Notes under the pieces: generated by a model | Seen by the model: only the letters and a program-made list of their open reading frames with translations | Databases searched by the model: none | Told to the model about the DNA's origin: nothing | Made by a program: the position numbers and the translations under genes | NCBI GenBank assembly: GCA_049513715.1 | Contig: JBEKVV010000001.1 | Location: 96,001-160,000 of the forward strand | Length of the DNA stretch: 64,000 nucleotides | Source: Candidatus Bathyarchaeia archaeon | GTDB taxonomy: Archaea; Thermoproteota; Bathyarchaeia; 40CM-2-53-6 | Direction of reading: 5' to 3' | Shown: piece by piece, positions 47,736 through 56,768 of the stretch | Numbering within the stretch: position 1 is the stretch's first letter | Layout of the letters: each line of letters begins with the position of its first letter

Positions 47736-48581
47736 TTAGGGTTTCTCAATGGGGTTCCGGATCATGTTACCCCATTCAGTCCATGAGCCATCGTAGTTCT
47801 TGACGTTCGGGTACCCGAGTAAGTATTTCAACACGAACCACGTGAACGATGACCGCTCACCGATTCTGCAGTACGTGATCACTTCTTTGTTGGCGGTGAC
47901 ACCCTTGCTCTCGTATAGTTTGGCAAGGTCTTCTACTGATTTGAACGTCCCGTCCTCCTTGACGGCTTGCGACCATGGTATGTTGACAGCGCCTGGGATG
48001 TGTCCGCCGCGTTGCGCGTGTTCGTTCGGGTACTCGGGGGGCGCCGTTATTTCCCCAGTAAACTCAGCTGGGCTCCGCACATCAACCAGCACCTTGTCAC
48101 TTTTCTTCAGTGAACTCTTAACATAATCCAAGTATGTCCGGACCTGTTCGTTCGCGCCCGCGGTCTTGAAAGTTGTTTTGGGGTAATTCGGAATCTCCTT
48201 CGTAACTTCTCGGTCCTCCGCAAGCCATTTCTTGCGGCCCCCGTTCATCAACACAGTTTTCTCGGCACCATAGTACTTAAGAATCCAGTATGCGAATGCT
48301 GCGAACCAGTTGTTGAAGTCCCCATACAACACGAGAGTTGTTTGATTAGTGGCTCCTGCATTGCTGAGTAGTTGTTCCAGCTGCTCTTTGCTGACCAAGT
48401 CGCGTGCGGTTGGATCATTCAAGTCTTTCCTCCAATCCAGCAGCACAGCGCCGGGAACATGGCCCAAGTTGTAGTTTGCCGTTGGGTCGTAGTCTACCTC
48501 CGCCACACGTACCGAGCTATCTTTCAGATGTTGGCTAACCCAATTCGTGTCAACGACGGCTTCTGGATGCTTGTAGGACAT
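47736..48581 (-). CDS. Rhodanese / thiosulfate sulfurtransferase
   Basis: GHVPGA, GHIPGA, YCRIGERSS and YDGSWTEW. Confidence 0.96.
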   Translation of the reverse strand: MSYKHPEAVVDTNWVSQHLKDSSVRVAEVDYDPTANYNLGHVPGAVLLDWRKDLNDPTARDLVSKEQLEQLLSNAGATNQTTLVLYGDFNNWFAAFAYWILKYYGAEKTVLMNGGRKKWLAEDREVTKEIPNYPKTTFKTAGANEQVRTYLDYVKSSLKKSDKVLVDVRSPAEFTGEITAPPEYPNEHAQRGGHIPGAVNIPWSQAVKEDGTFKSVEDLAKLYESKGVTANKEVITYCRIGERSSFTWFVLKYLLGYPNVKNYDGSWTEWGNMIRNPIEKP

Positions 48582-48871
48582 GAGAATCGAGCTTGATATG
48601 ACCTATGACATATTTAAGCGCCTCAACTACCCCATAAACCCAGCCTAGTGCCTCAGCGAGGCTTCCCTAATCCACTCCTAGCGCTTTATTGGATCGCCAA
48701 TTCGCGCCGAGATGTATGCGACTAGTCAAAGTTTAAATTGGAAAGTTCAGCTGTCGCGCAGTATCGGGCACGTTCTTGACGCCCGGTGAATCAGAGATTT
48801 CCTCCGGATCTGCAACCGCCTGCAAGAAACGTCAAGCTCCAGTCCCACACTCACAAAGTTGGTCTTAGATT

Positions 48872-50326
48872 ATGGCTTATGAGAAAATTATTGACGGCCT
48901 CACCTTTGACGACGTACTTCTGGTCCCAAAGAAATCTACTGTTCGATCCAGAAAGGATGTTCTAACCACTACCAATCTCTCGCGCCGAATTGAACTCAAG
49001 GTACCCATCATCAGCGCGCCAATGGACACTGTAACCGAGCATGCGATGGCAATTACGATGGCCCGGGTCGGAGGCATCGGAATCATTCATCGATTCATGA
49101 GCACCGAACAGCAGGTCGAAGAAGTGCTGAAGGTGAAGAGGTCTGAAAGTATCGTGATCGAGCAGCCCTATACTCTGAGCGGCGACCAGAGGCTGAAAGA
49201 AGCAAAACGGCAGATGTCCCAATATGGCGTATCGGGGCTTCTGGTATTGGATAATGAGGGAAGGCTACAGGGTATCCTAACCGAGCGCGACATCCTTTTC
49301 GAAAGGGATCCAGAGAAGAAAGTCTCCGAAATCATGACAGGCTACAATGACTTGGTTACAGCGTCGGCCGACGTGAGCCTCCAAGAGGCACAGCAGATTC
49401 TCCACAAACACAAGCTCGAGAAACTCCCGTTGATTGACAAAGACCGCAGGCTGCGTGGACTGATTACTACTCGGGATATAATGAATCTCGAGCAGTACCC
49501 AAACTCCTCGAAGGATGGGAAGGGGCGACTGATGGTTGGGGCCGCGGTCGGCGTCAAATCAGGCTACTTGGGGAGGGCAAAGGCGTTGCATGATGCAGGG
49601 GCTGATGTACTGGTTCTTGATGTGGCACACGCTCACTCGGACATTACCCTCGAGGCGATTCGCTCAATCAAGAAAACCATCCCGAAGGCTGAATTGATCG
49701 CGGGAAATGTTGCAACCAAGGAGGGCACTGAAGACTTAATCGCGGCTGGAGCGGACGCAGTGAAAGTTGGGATTGGCTCAGGGTCGATATGCATCACCCG
49801 AATCGTGACGGGTGCCGGCGTTCCGCAGCTAACAGCACTCATGGAGTGCACGAAGGTCGCCGAAAAGAACGGCGTTCCATTAATCGCAGACGGTGGGGTC
49901 CGAAACTCTGGTGACATCACCAAAGCCATCGCAGCTGGCTCCTCCACCGTGATGGTGGGGAGCTTACTCGCTGGAACCGAGCAGAGCCCTGGAATTACTG
50001 TGATGAGGGAGGGTAGGAAATACAAACTTGTCCGAGGAATGGCATCGGTGGCCGCGTCATACGACAGGACAACTCGTGAATCGGACCAAGGTGAAGACGA
50101 CAGCGCCGTCGGCTTGCTCGATTACGTACCAGAAGGAGTAGAGGCCTTCGTTCCCTACAAAGGCAACGCCTCAGAGCTGCTAGCTCAGCTCGTTGGTGGG
50201 TTGAAATCGGGTATGAGTTATTGCGGGGCCACCGAACTGTCGAAAATGCGCGGCAAAGGAACCTTCATCAAAATCTCCCAAGCTGGTCTAAAGGAAAGCT
50301 ATCCCCACGACGTAGAAGTAATGTAA
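48872..50326 (+). CDS. guaB: IMP dehydrogenase
   Basis: LTFDDVLLVP, CBS pair, GIGSGSICITR and IADGG. Confidence 0.97.
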   Translation: MAYEKIIDGLTFDDVLLVPKKSTVRSRKDVLTTTNLSRRIELKVPIISAPMDTVTEHAMAITMARVGGIGIIHRFMSTEQQVEEVLKVKRSESIVIEQPYTLSGDQRLKEAKRQMSQYGVSGLLVLDNEGRLQGILTERDILFERDPEKKVSEIMTGYNDLVTASADVSLQEAQQILHKHKLEKLPLIDKDRRLRGLITTRDIMNLEQYPNSSKDGKGRLMVGAAVGVKSGYLGRAKALHDAGADVLVLDVAHAHSDITLEAIRSIKKTIPKAELIAGNVATKEGTEDLIAAGADAVKVGIGSGSICITRIVTGAGVPQLTALMECTKVAEKNGVPLIADGGVRNSGDITKAIAAGSSTVMVGSLLAGTEQSPGITVMREGRKYKLVRGMASVAASYDRTTRESDQGEDDSAVGLLDYVPEGVEAFVPYKGNASELLAQLVGGLKSGMSYCGATELSKMRGKGTFIKISQAGLKESYPHDVEVM

Positions 50327-50354
50327 CCGTACGACTCTCGACAACACTCCAACC

Positions 50355-50876
50355 TTGCGAATCTTCACTATCGGCCACTCCACCAGATCCATGGAAGAGT
50401 TTACAAAGATACTTCTCAGCTTCGAAATCAAAATCCTGGTTGACGTCCGCAGCTTTCCGAGTTCATTCACCAATCCTCAATTCAACACCGACGTGATAGG
50501 AACGGTGCTAGAGCGGCATGGAATTCAATACATTTGGCTGCAGAGATTGGGCGGCCGAAGAAGGGGATTCGGGAAGGAATCCAGGAACACATGTTGGAAG
50601 AATAAGTCGTTCAGAAACTACGCCGACTACATGGAAACCGAGCCTTTCCGAGAAGGCATCGATAAGCTATTGCATCTGGCCGGCACAAAAACTGTGGCAA
50701 TTATGTGCGCCGAATCCCTGTACTGGCGCTGCCACCGCTCAATGATTGCCGACTACCTGAAATCGATTGGAGTCCAAATCACGCACATATTCGACGAAAA
50801 GCACACGCAAGAACACGAGTATACACAATGTGCAATGATCGTAGATGGTAAGCTAACCTACCACAAAGAACCTTAA
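50355..50876 (+). CDS. DUF488-family protein
   Basis: TIGHS, LVDVRSFP and MCAE....CHR. Confidence 0.92.
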   Translation: MRIFTIGHSTRSMEEFTKILLSFEIKILVDVRSFPSSFTNPQFNTDVIGTVLERHGIQYIWLQRLGGRRRGFGKESRNTCWKNKSFRNYADYMETEPFREGIDKLLHLAGTKTVAIMCAESLYWRCHRSMIADYLKSIGVQITHIFDEKHTQEHEYTQCAMIVDGKLTYHKEP

Positions 50877-50942
50877 CGACCGGATTCGGCCGGAACTAAG
50901 ACAATGATCGCCCGCGTATGTTCCAGCCAACAACAGTCTCAA

Positions 50943-51533
50943 TTAGGAATTTATTCGGGCGAGGTCCGTGGCTAGGGTTTCATAGGAAAGCTCTCCAGCC
51001 TGGTAGGTAGAAGCAAAATCCCCGTTCTTACCGACGATGAAGAACGTGGGTGTAGCGCTTACGCCGTACAGGTTGAAGACAGAGTTGGATGAGTCGTATA
51101 CATAGGTCCAGGTGCTATGGTAGGTTTGTATGAAATTCGCAGCATCGTTCGCCGATTCCCCGTTCCATGCTCCAGAAACCGACAAGAAGGCCACATTCTG
51201 TTGTCCGAATTGACTGTACAGTCTATCCAGAATGGGTGCCATGTTCTGGCAGTGTGAACATGAAGGAACCATGAATTCCAAAAGCACAACTTTTCCCCGG
51301 AACGACGAGAGTGAAACTTTCTGACCCGTCAAACCGGATGGCCCAACGACGGGCAATGTGAAGTCGGGGGCCGTGTTGGATCGGGTGGTGGTTGTGACTG
51401 GTGGTGGCTGTGAGAAAGAGTAGACCGCCCACACGATGACCAGCAAGACGATCACGAGGATGACCTTTTCTACCCAGCTGGAGCCTTTCTTCTTTTTGAC
51501 GGGCTTTGAGTGAGTTGGCATGATACGTTTCAC
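50943..51533 (-). CDS. Membrane-anchored TlpA/redoxin-family thiol-disulfide oxidoreductase
   Basis: APDFTL, CSHC and YGVSATPT. Confidence 0.9.
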   Translation of the reverse strand: MKRIMPTHSKPVKKKKGSSWVEKVILVIVLLVIVWAVYSFSQPPPVTTTTRSNTAPDFTLPVVGPSGLTGQKVSLSSFRGKVVLLEFMVPSCSHCQNMAPILDRLYSQFGQQNVAFLSVSGAWNGESANDAANFIQTYHSTWTYVYDSSNSVFNLYGVSATPTFFIVGKNGDFASTYQAGELSYETLATDLARINS

Positions 51534-51665
51534 TAGCAGGCATGACTTCTAATGGTTTCTTAGCGTTTTGGTCTATACAAAAAGTAGTTCTCATTCACCA
51601 GGCTGTCAGTCTATGGTTTGAACCATGGCTCCATGGCGTTGGAAAATCGTTGACAGTACGGCGCC

Positions 51666-51992
51666 CTATGGAATATCGATCATTAGGTCGTTTCCTTCGA
51701 CCTTGACCTTGTAGGCCTTCTCAGGCTGAATGCTGTCTGAGCTGTCGCCATCAGGTCCAACAAGCACTCGCCCTGTCGTGACGTCAAATTGGGCCTCGTG
51801 CTCTGGACAAGTGAGCACGTTCTCTTTCAATGTCCCTTCGGAGAGATTACCCTCTTCGTGCGTGCACCAATTATCCATCGCATAGAATTCTCCATCAACA
51901 TTAGCGACGACGAACTCCTTCCCGGCGACCTTAACGAGTTTCAAAGTTCCCACGGAGACGTCCAACTTGTTGCACGCCTTGACCAGAGGCAT
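51666..51992 (-). CDS. Rieske ferredoxin
   Basis: CTH ... CPEH. Confidence 0.93.
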   Translation of the reverse strand: MPLVKACNKLDVSVGTLKLVKVAGKEFVVANVDGEFYAMDNWCTHEEGNLSEGTLKENVLTCPEHEAQFDVTTGRVLVGPDGDSSDSIQPEKAYKVKVEGNDLMIDIP

Positions 51993-52038
51993 GAGGGCAT
52001 CAGCGTTTCAGACACTTTTCATTGGTTTAAGCTCTTCG

Positions 52039-53889
52039 TCAGCTACCACCCAAATGCTCGTTCTTCGATTGCCTAAGTTTCGCGTTCAGTATGGGAACGA
52101 CTTCGGCATAATCGCCTACAATTCCGTAATCGCAGCTCTTGAAGATGGGCGCGTTCGGGTCGTTGTTGATTCCCACGATCAGTTTTGCTCGGCCAATGCC
52201 TACCATGTGGTTGAATGCACCCCTAATCCCAACCGCGAGGTACAACTTAGGCCCCACAGACCGCCCGGTCAACCCTACTTGAAGTTGACGTGGAAGCCAA
52301 CCTAAGTCGACGACCTTACGTGTTGTGGCTATGGGCGTGTCGAGAATTTCAGCCAACTCGTTGATGACCTTGAAATTCTCGGGCCCTCCGATTCCTGCAC
52401 CGACGGCGACAATCGCGTCGGCGTTGTCCATCCTTAACGCATCGCGGTCGGCCTCGAACCTCTCTTCCACAACTCGCGAGAGCGGTTTGATTCTTGAGGG
52501 GCGGAACTCAACAACCTCGCCCCTTCGGGATGGGTTTTGGATGGTAGGCGTAAGCATACCTGGGCGCACGGTGGCAAGTTGGGGGCTCGTCCTGCTGAGA
52601 ATGGGGGCGACGATATTTCCGCCGAAGGCTGGTTTAAGCTGAACCAATTGTTGCTGCTCATTCAGCTTCAAATCGATGCAATCACTGGTCATCCCAAGGC
52701 CGAGCTTCGCTGCAACCCTCGGCACGAAATCTCTTCCGAACGAAGTTGAGGCGGCCACGACGGCGTACGGCCTGTACTTTTCAATAGTTTCGGCTAAGGC
52801 GTCGGCATATGCGTCGCTGGAGTAAACTGACAGTTGCTCGTGATTTACATTGTAGACCCTGTCAGCGCCATGAGCAATAAGGTCCATCATCTGGGCTTTC
52901 GATGCTACACCTAAGACGACTGCGCAGAGTTCACTCTTCAATTCGGCTGCTAATTCTATGCCTCGCCCCAAAAGCTCGTACGTTACGCTTCTAATTTGCT
53001 TCTGAGCGATTTCCGCGACGACCCAAATCGCTTTACTCCCGGATATAATTCGGTGGGCTTGAGGCTCGATCCCTCTTTCCTCGACATCTTTCCAGCCAGA
53101 AAAAAGCCCGTGGGGCGTGAGTCTCTCGACGAGCCTTGCGACCTTGTCTTCTGTCGTGGAGCCTTCAATGATTTCGCATTTTCTTTTGGTCTCGATGGAG
53201 TAGATTTCGCTGACTGAAGTGGGAGATCCGATGAACCCAAAGAATGATGCGTCCGGGCTTAGTTCAGACGAAGTCATAACCTCGTAGGGTTTCGATTTCG
53301 CGGCTTCTAAATCCTCAGGAGTGGCACGGCTTGGTTTGATCAGTCTTTCCGCAGTTGTTAGCAAAAGAGGGAGTGATGTTTCCACACGTTGAAAACCGTA
53401 ATCCGTTTCAGCTTCAACAATCACCTGGTCCAACGAATCTGGCAATTCCACCTTGGTGGCTGCGCTCACGTGCGGTATTCCCAGGAATTGGGCGACCTCG
53501 GGGCCCACGTGCCCGGTCTCAGCATCAACGCTGTATTTCCCACAGAGAACCAAGTCAAATGGCCTTTCCTTCTCGATGGCCATCGCAAGCGCACGAGAAG
53601 TAGCCAATGTGTCCGATCCAGCAAACGCCCTGTCTAACAAGTGAAGGGCCCTGTCTGCGCCCATCGCAAGCGCTTCCATCAAAGCTTCCTTTGCTTGCGG
53701 CGGACCCATAGTCATGACAACAACCTCCCCGCCGTGTTTCTTCTTAGCTTCAACAGCGAAGGTTATTGCTCGCCTGTCAAACGGGTTGATTTCGTTACGG
53801 ACCCCTTCTCGAATCAGAGTCTTCTTCACGTTGTCAAATCTGAGCTCCGAAACCTCGGGAACCTGTTTGATGCAGACCATAATCTTCAT
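52039..53889 (-). CDS. Fused electron-transfer flavoprotein beta-alpha
   Basis: CIKQVP and GSDTLAT (beta); QVGLTG and AFNHMVG (alpha). Confidence 0.95.
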   Translation of the reverse strand: MKIMVCIKQVPEVSELRFDNVKKTLIREGVRNEINPFDRRAITFAVEAKKKHGGEVVVMTMGPPQAKEALMEALAMGADRALHLLDRAFAGSDTLATSRALAMAIEKERPFDLVLCGKYSVDAETGHVGPEVAQFLGIPHVSAATKVELPDSLDQVIVEAETDYGFQRVETSLPLLLTTAERLIKPSRATPEDLEAAKSKPYEVMTSSELSPDASFFGFIGSPTSVSEIYSIETKRKCEIIEGSTTEDKVARLVERLTPHGLFSGWKDVEERGIEPQAHRIISGSKAIWVVAEIAQKQIRSVTYELLGRGIELAAELKSELCAVVLGVASKAQMMDLIAHGADRVYNVNHEQLSVYSSDAYADALAETIEKYRPYAVVAASTSFGRDFVPRVAAKLGLGMTSDCIDLKLNEQQQLVQLKPAFGGNIVAPILSRTSPQLATVRPGMLTPTIQNPSRRGEVVEFRPSRIKPLSRVVEERFEADRDALRMDNADAIVAVGAGIGGPENFKVINELAEILDTPIATTRKVVDLGWLPRQLQVGLTGRSVGPKLYLAVGIRGAFNHMVGIGRAKLIVGINNDPNAPIFKSCDYGIVGDYAEVVPILNAKLRQSKNEHLGGS

Positions 53890-54053
53890 GGCAGGTTCAA
53901 TCCTACCTGGTTAGTTGTTAAGCCTGCCCTCATTGTGTTGCAGTTTCATGCGGGAGAATCTTGGTAGAAAAGCGGAACATTCTCCAAGTGTTACTTTTGC
54001 TCCAAGCCGTGTTAAATACCCAAAATAGAACACTCGTGCTTGAGGAAACTGCA

Positions 54054-54251
54054 ATGGGGGTCTACTTCCTGAGGGACTTAGGCCAAATCGAGAGAGTCGA
54101 CTTCCAATGTTTGTTTTGTGAGGTCTCTTTGGAGTCGAGGCAGATGCTGAACCGGCATTATCTGGCGGAACATGCGGCGGCATTCACGGAGGAGGAGCTC
54201 ACTCTGGCCCGTTCCAGGCGCGCCCAGCTCTCGGACTCACAATTTCCCTAG
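54054..54251 (+). CDS. Small C2H2 zinc-finger protein
   Basis: CLFC............H....H. Confidence 0.65.
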   Translation: MGVYFLRDLGQIERVDFQCLFCEVSLESRQMLNRHYLAEHAAAFTEEELTLARSRRAQLSDSQFP

Positions 54252-54289
54252 AGCAGGTTCAAGGCTCAATTTACAAGGGTGCTTCTGCG

Positions 54290-54706
54290 TCAGCCGATTT
54301 TTTTACCTGTGTTTGGGCCGTACGTGAGCGACTGAACCTCTTCGATCTTGATGCTGACGACCGCCTTCGGTTTGAAGCCTAAGCTCTCCAGTTGGGTGGC
54401 TGCTTGGCCGAAGAGTGGGCCAAATGTCTCAAGCGTGGCCTTTCCCTTCATCCTGTACCCGATGACCGTTTTCGGGTCGAAGAAGACAACAGTCACATCC
54501 GGGGTCTTCTTGAGCACATCTCCCAACGTTTGCGAAAACACGTCCGTGAACTCCAAATGCTCATCATCCCTTATGCGAAAGTGCTTAGGTGACCCGTTCG
54601 GTGTACCGTCGCTTCGGAGTGAAGCTAGGACGCCGACTGAGCCGCGATACTCTTCATCATTCCGTTCTTTGATGAAACTCTTCACTTCGTCTGTGAGCAC
54701 AACCAT
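54290..54706 (-). CDS. Pyridoxamine 5'-phosphate oxidase-family flavin-binding protein
   Basis: LAS..DGTPNGSPK and GYRMKGKA. Confidence 0.88.
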   Translation of the reverse strand: MVVLTDEVKSFIKERNDEEYRGSVGVLASLRSDGTPNGSPKHFRIRDDEHLEFTDVFSQTLGDVLKKTPDVTVVFFDPKTVIGYRMKGKATLETFGPLFGQAATQLESLGFKPKAVVSIKIEEVQSLTYGPNTGKKIG

Positions 54707-54893
54707 CTACCTCGATTACCGACAAGAAGTTAATGCGGGTAACCGCGGCCGAGCGCGCTTATGAACTTAACGAATTCACTGGTTGAACACTGGTCCTTCA
54801 GTGTACTCTTGATCGCCAGATCTGACCTCAGCAAGTGACTTCAACGCATGTCTTAACCGCAAAGTGAACCACTAGGCGTAATTGGTGAGGCCA

Positions 54894-55037
54894 ATGCACT
54901 GCAGCTATCCAAGCATGTACTACCCACTGTTCGGATACTGGGCGTATCAATACCCATCGTACGGGTATTGTGGTTGCTACAGTTACCCGGCTTACCTCTA
55001 CCCCTGGTTCGGGTACTGTTACCCGTACTGGTGTTGA
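54894..55037 (+). CDS. 47-aa Tyr/Pro/Cys-rich peptide
   Basis: GGTGAGG ribosome-binding site; MHCSYPSMYYPLFGYWAYQYPSYGYCGCYSYPAYLYPWFGYCYPYWC. Confidence 0.6.
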   Translation: MHCSYPSMYYPLFGYWAYQYPSYGYCGCYSYPAYLYPWFGYCYPYWC

Positions 55038-55325
55038 CCACACATCGCCCCAGCCACACTCCCCTCTATTTTTGGGAAAAATCCAATAACGCACACATCT
55101 TTCTCATGTGAAATTGCGAGGCGTGAAGTGAAAGAGTGAAGAACGGAATCTACGTTTCCGCACAAATACGCCGCCAACTTCGACCATCAAGCACTGGTCC
55201 TCGGAATAGCCAGAGCATATGCTCAGCGCGGTATCGCTGTGAAATCTGAAACAACCTTTCCCGGAGGAAAACAAGCGGACTTAGGGTTTAATTACGCGTT
55301 ACTTTCTTTCATGAACTAGGTTCTT

Positions 55326-55892
55326 ATGCAACAGCCCGCCACGTTGCAGGCAAAACTTGCGGACAGCATCGGAATCCTGCGGCGAAAGTATCCTTCGTTC
55401 GAGGAGGCTATCAACTCTTATACCAGCCAATATGGCGAGGGCTCGGTGAAGGTTTATGAGCCGTTCAAGATTAGCGACACAATTGACCCGGCCATAATAA
55501 TCCTCGGGCGAACGACTCAGCTTTTCTACAAGAACTCCAAGCGTGAATTGAGCGGGGGCTTGGACTCGGTCATCGTGGAAAGTGGGAATGCATACATACT
55601 CGGAAGGCGGGAACCGCCCGACTCCAAGCTAGTCGTCTGGTCAACTGATGGCGAAGTCGAAATTGCAGAGTACGATATCAGAGCCATGATCATACCGTCA
55701 AGGATTCATGCCGCAATTTTCGGCTTGGAGAACAATGATGTGGTCTTCGCGGACCTCGGGAGTTCCTCAGGCTCGATCCTTGCTGGAGAAACCTCCAAAC
55801 CGAAACCATTCATCTACTTGTACGGCCCGCCGCACATCGACGTGCATCATGTTACGATACCACCAAAGTATGCTTACCCCAAGCGCGCCTGA
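55326..55892 (+). CDS. FHA-domain protein
   Basis: ILGRR, PSRIHA and DLGSSSGS. Confidence 0.75.
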   Translation: MQQPATLQAKLADSIGILRRKYPSFEEAINSYTSQYGEGSVKVYEPFKISDTIDPAIIILGRTTQLFYKNSKRELSGGLDSVIVESGNAYILGRREPPDSKLVVWSTDGEVEIAEYDIRAMIIPSRIHAAIFGLENNDVVFADLGSSSGSILAGETSKPKPFIYLYGPPHIDVHHVTIPPKYAYPKRA

Positions 55893-55961
55893 CTGCAATT
55901 AACAGGTCAGGCTTTGTAGGGAAAGCCTAATTTTCAGCTTCGGCATGCGATGAAGGTGAAG

Positions 55962-56060
55962 GTACCGGGGGAGCTGGGGTGACCCGGCTGAGAGGACGGC
56001 TAAGGTTGCCGTCGACCCCTGAGAACCTGATCCGGGTAATGCCGGCGTAGGGAGTGTCCA
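55962..56060 (+). ncRNA. TPP riboswitch
   Basis: GGGG.GC...GCTGAGA...ACCC..GAACCTGATCCGGGTAATGCCGGCGTAGGGA consensus, upstream of thiT. Confidence 0.95.
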
Positions 56061-56062
56061 AA

Positions 56063-56167
56063 ATGGTAACACGCAAAGGAATCTGTTCCGGGTACGACTC
56101 TGAAAGAGTACAATCCACCGTCCCTGGTAACCTTCTGCAAACCAATGGAGGTGAAATTGGACGGTGA
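56063..56167 (+). CDS. 34-aa leader ORF between the TPP aptamer and thiT
   Basis: ATG a few nt after GGGAGTG at the aptamer 3' end; its TGA overlaps the thiT GTG. Confidence 0.4.
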   Translation: MVTRKGICSGYDSERVQSTVPGNLLQTNGGEIGR

Positions 56168-56685
56168 AAATTCCAACCAGAATCCTGACAGAAACAATCG
56201 CTATGGTCGCACTGGCAGGGGTTCTTCACTTCATTTCCGGATTCATTCCTTTCTTGGCAATGCCCCAAGGCGGGAGGGTTACTCTTGCTGCCATGGTTCC
56301 AGTTCTGTTCGTTGCCATTAGAAGAGGCCCACGTGTCGGGATTTTGGCAGGTATCGCTTTCGGGTTGGTAGTCCTTGTGCTCGAACCTTTCATTTACCAT
56401 CCGGTCCAAGTCCTACTTGACTACCCACTAGCTTTCGGTGCACTCGGCCTCGCCGGCTTTTTCCGCAAGTTGCCGGTACTTGGGGTCGCAGTCGGAATCA
56501 GCGGTCGATTTATCTGCCATTTTGTCTCAGGGCTCGTCTTCTTTGCATCATATGCACCTGCCGGAATGGATCCTGCGGTGTACTCGGCAATTTACAACGC
56601 TTGGTATCTCATTCCAGAACTGATCATAAGCGCGGCCGTAATATCCGTACTTCAGAAACGGAAGATACTGCAACTCTACATGTAA
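56164..56685 (+). CDS. thiT: Thiamine ECF transporter S component
   Basis: PQGG, HPVQVLLDY, RFICHFVSG and YSAIYN; located under the TPP riboswitch. Confidence 0.93.
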   Translation: MKIPTRILTETIAMVALAGVLHFISGFIPFLAMPQGGRVTLAAMVPVLFVAIRRGPRVGILAGIAFGLVVLVLEPFIYHPVQVLLDYPLAFGALGLAGFFRKLPVLGVAVGISGRFICHFVSGLVFFASYAPAGMDPAVYSAIYNAWYLIPELIISAAVISVLQKRKILQLYM

Positions 56686-56720
56686 AGCGGGCTTGAGGAA
56701 TCTCAGCCCGCTTCTCTCTC
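56685..56720 (+). terminator. GC-rich hairpin with a pyrimidine tail after thiT
   Basis: AAGCGGGCT-TGAG-GAAT-CTCA-GCCCGCTT followed by CTCTCT. Confidence 0.6.
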
Positions 56721-56768
56721 CCACCTTTGATGAATGTTGTTCAATGGCTTATTTGATACGTTAATGGA

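Noticed and set aside
52039..53889. ETF beta-alpha fusion as a novelty
   Set aside because: Fused ETF subunits are already known
54828..55094. Minus-strand ORFs 54828-55094 and 54853-55059
   Set aside because: Antisense shadows of the plus-strand Tyr-rich ORF, which has the RBS and coherent composition
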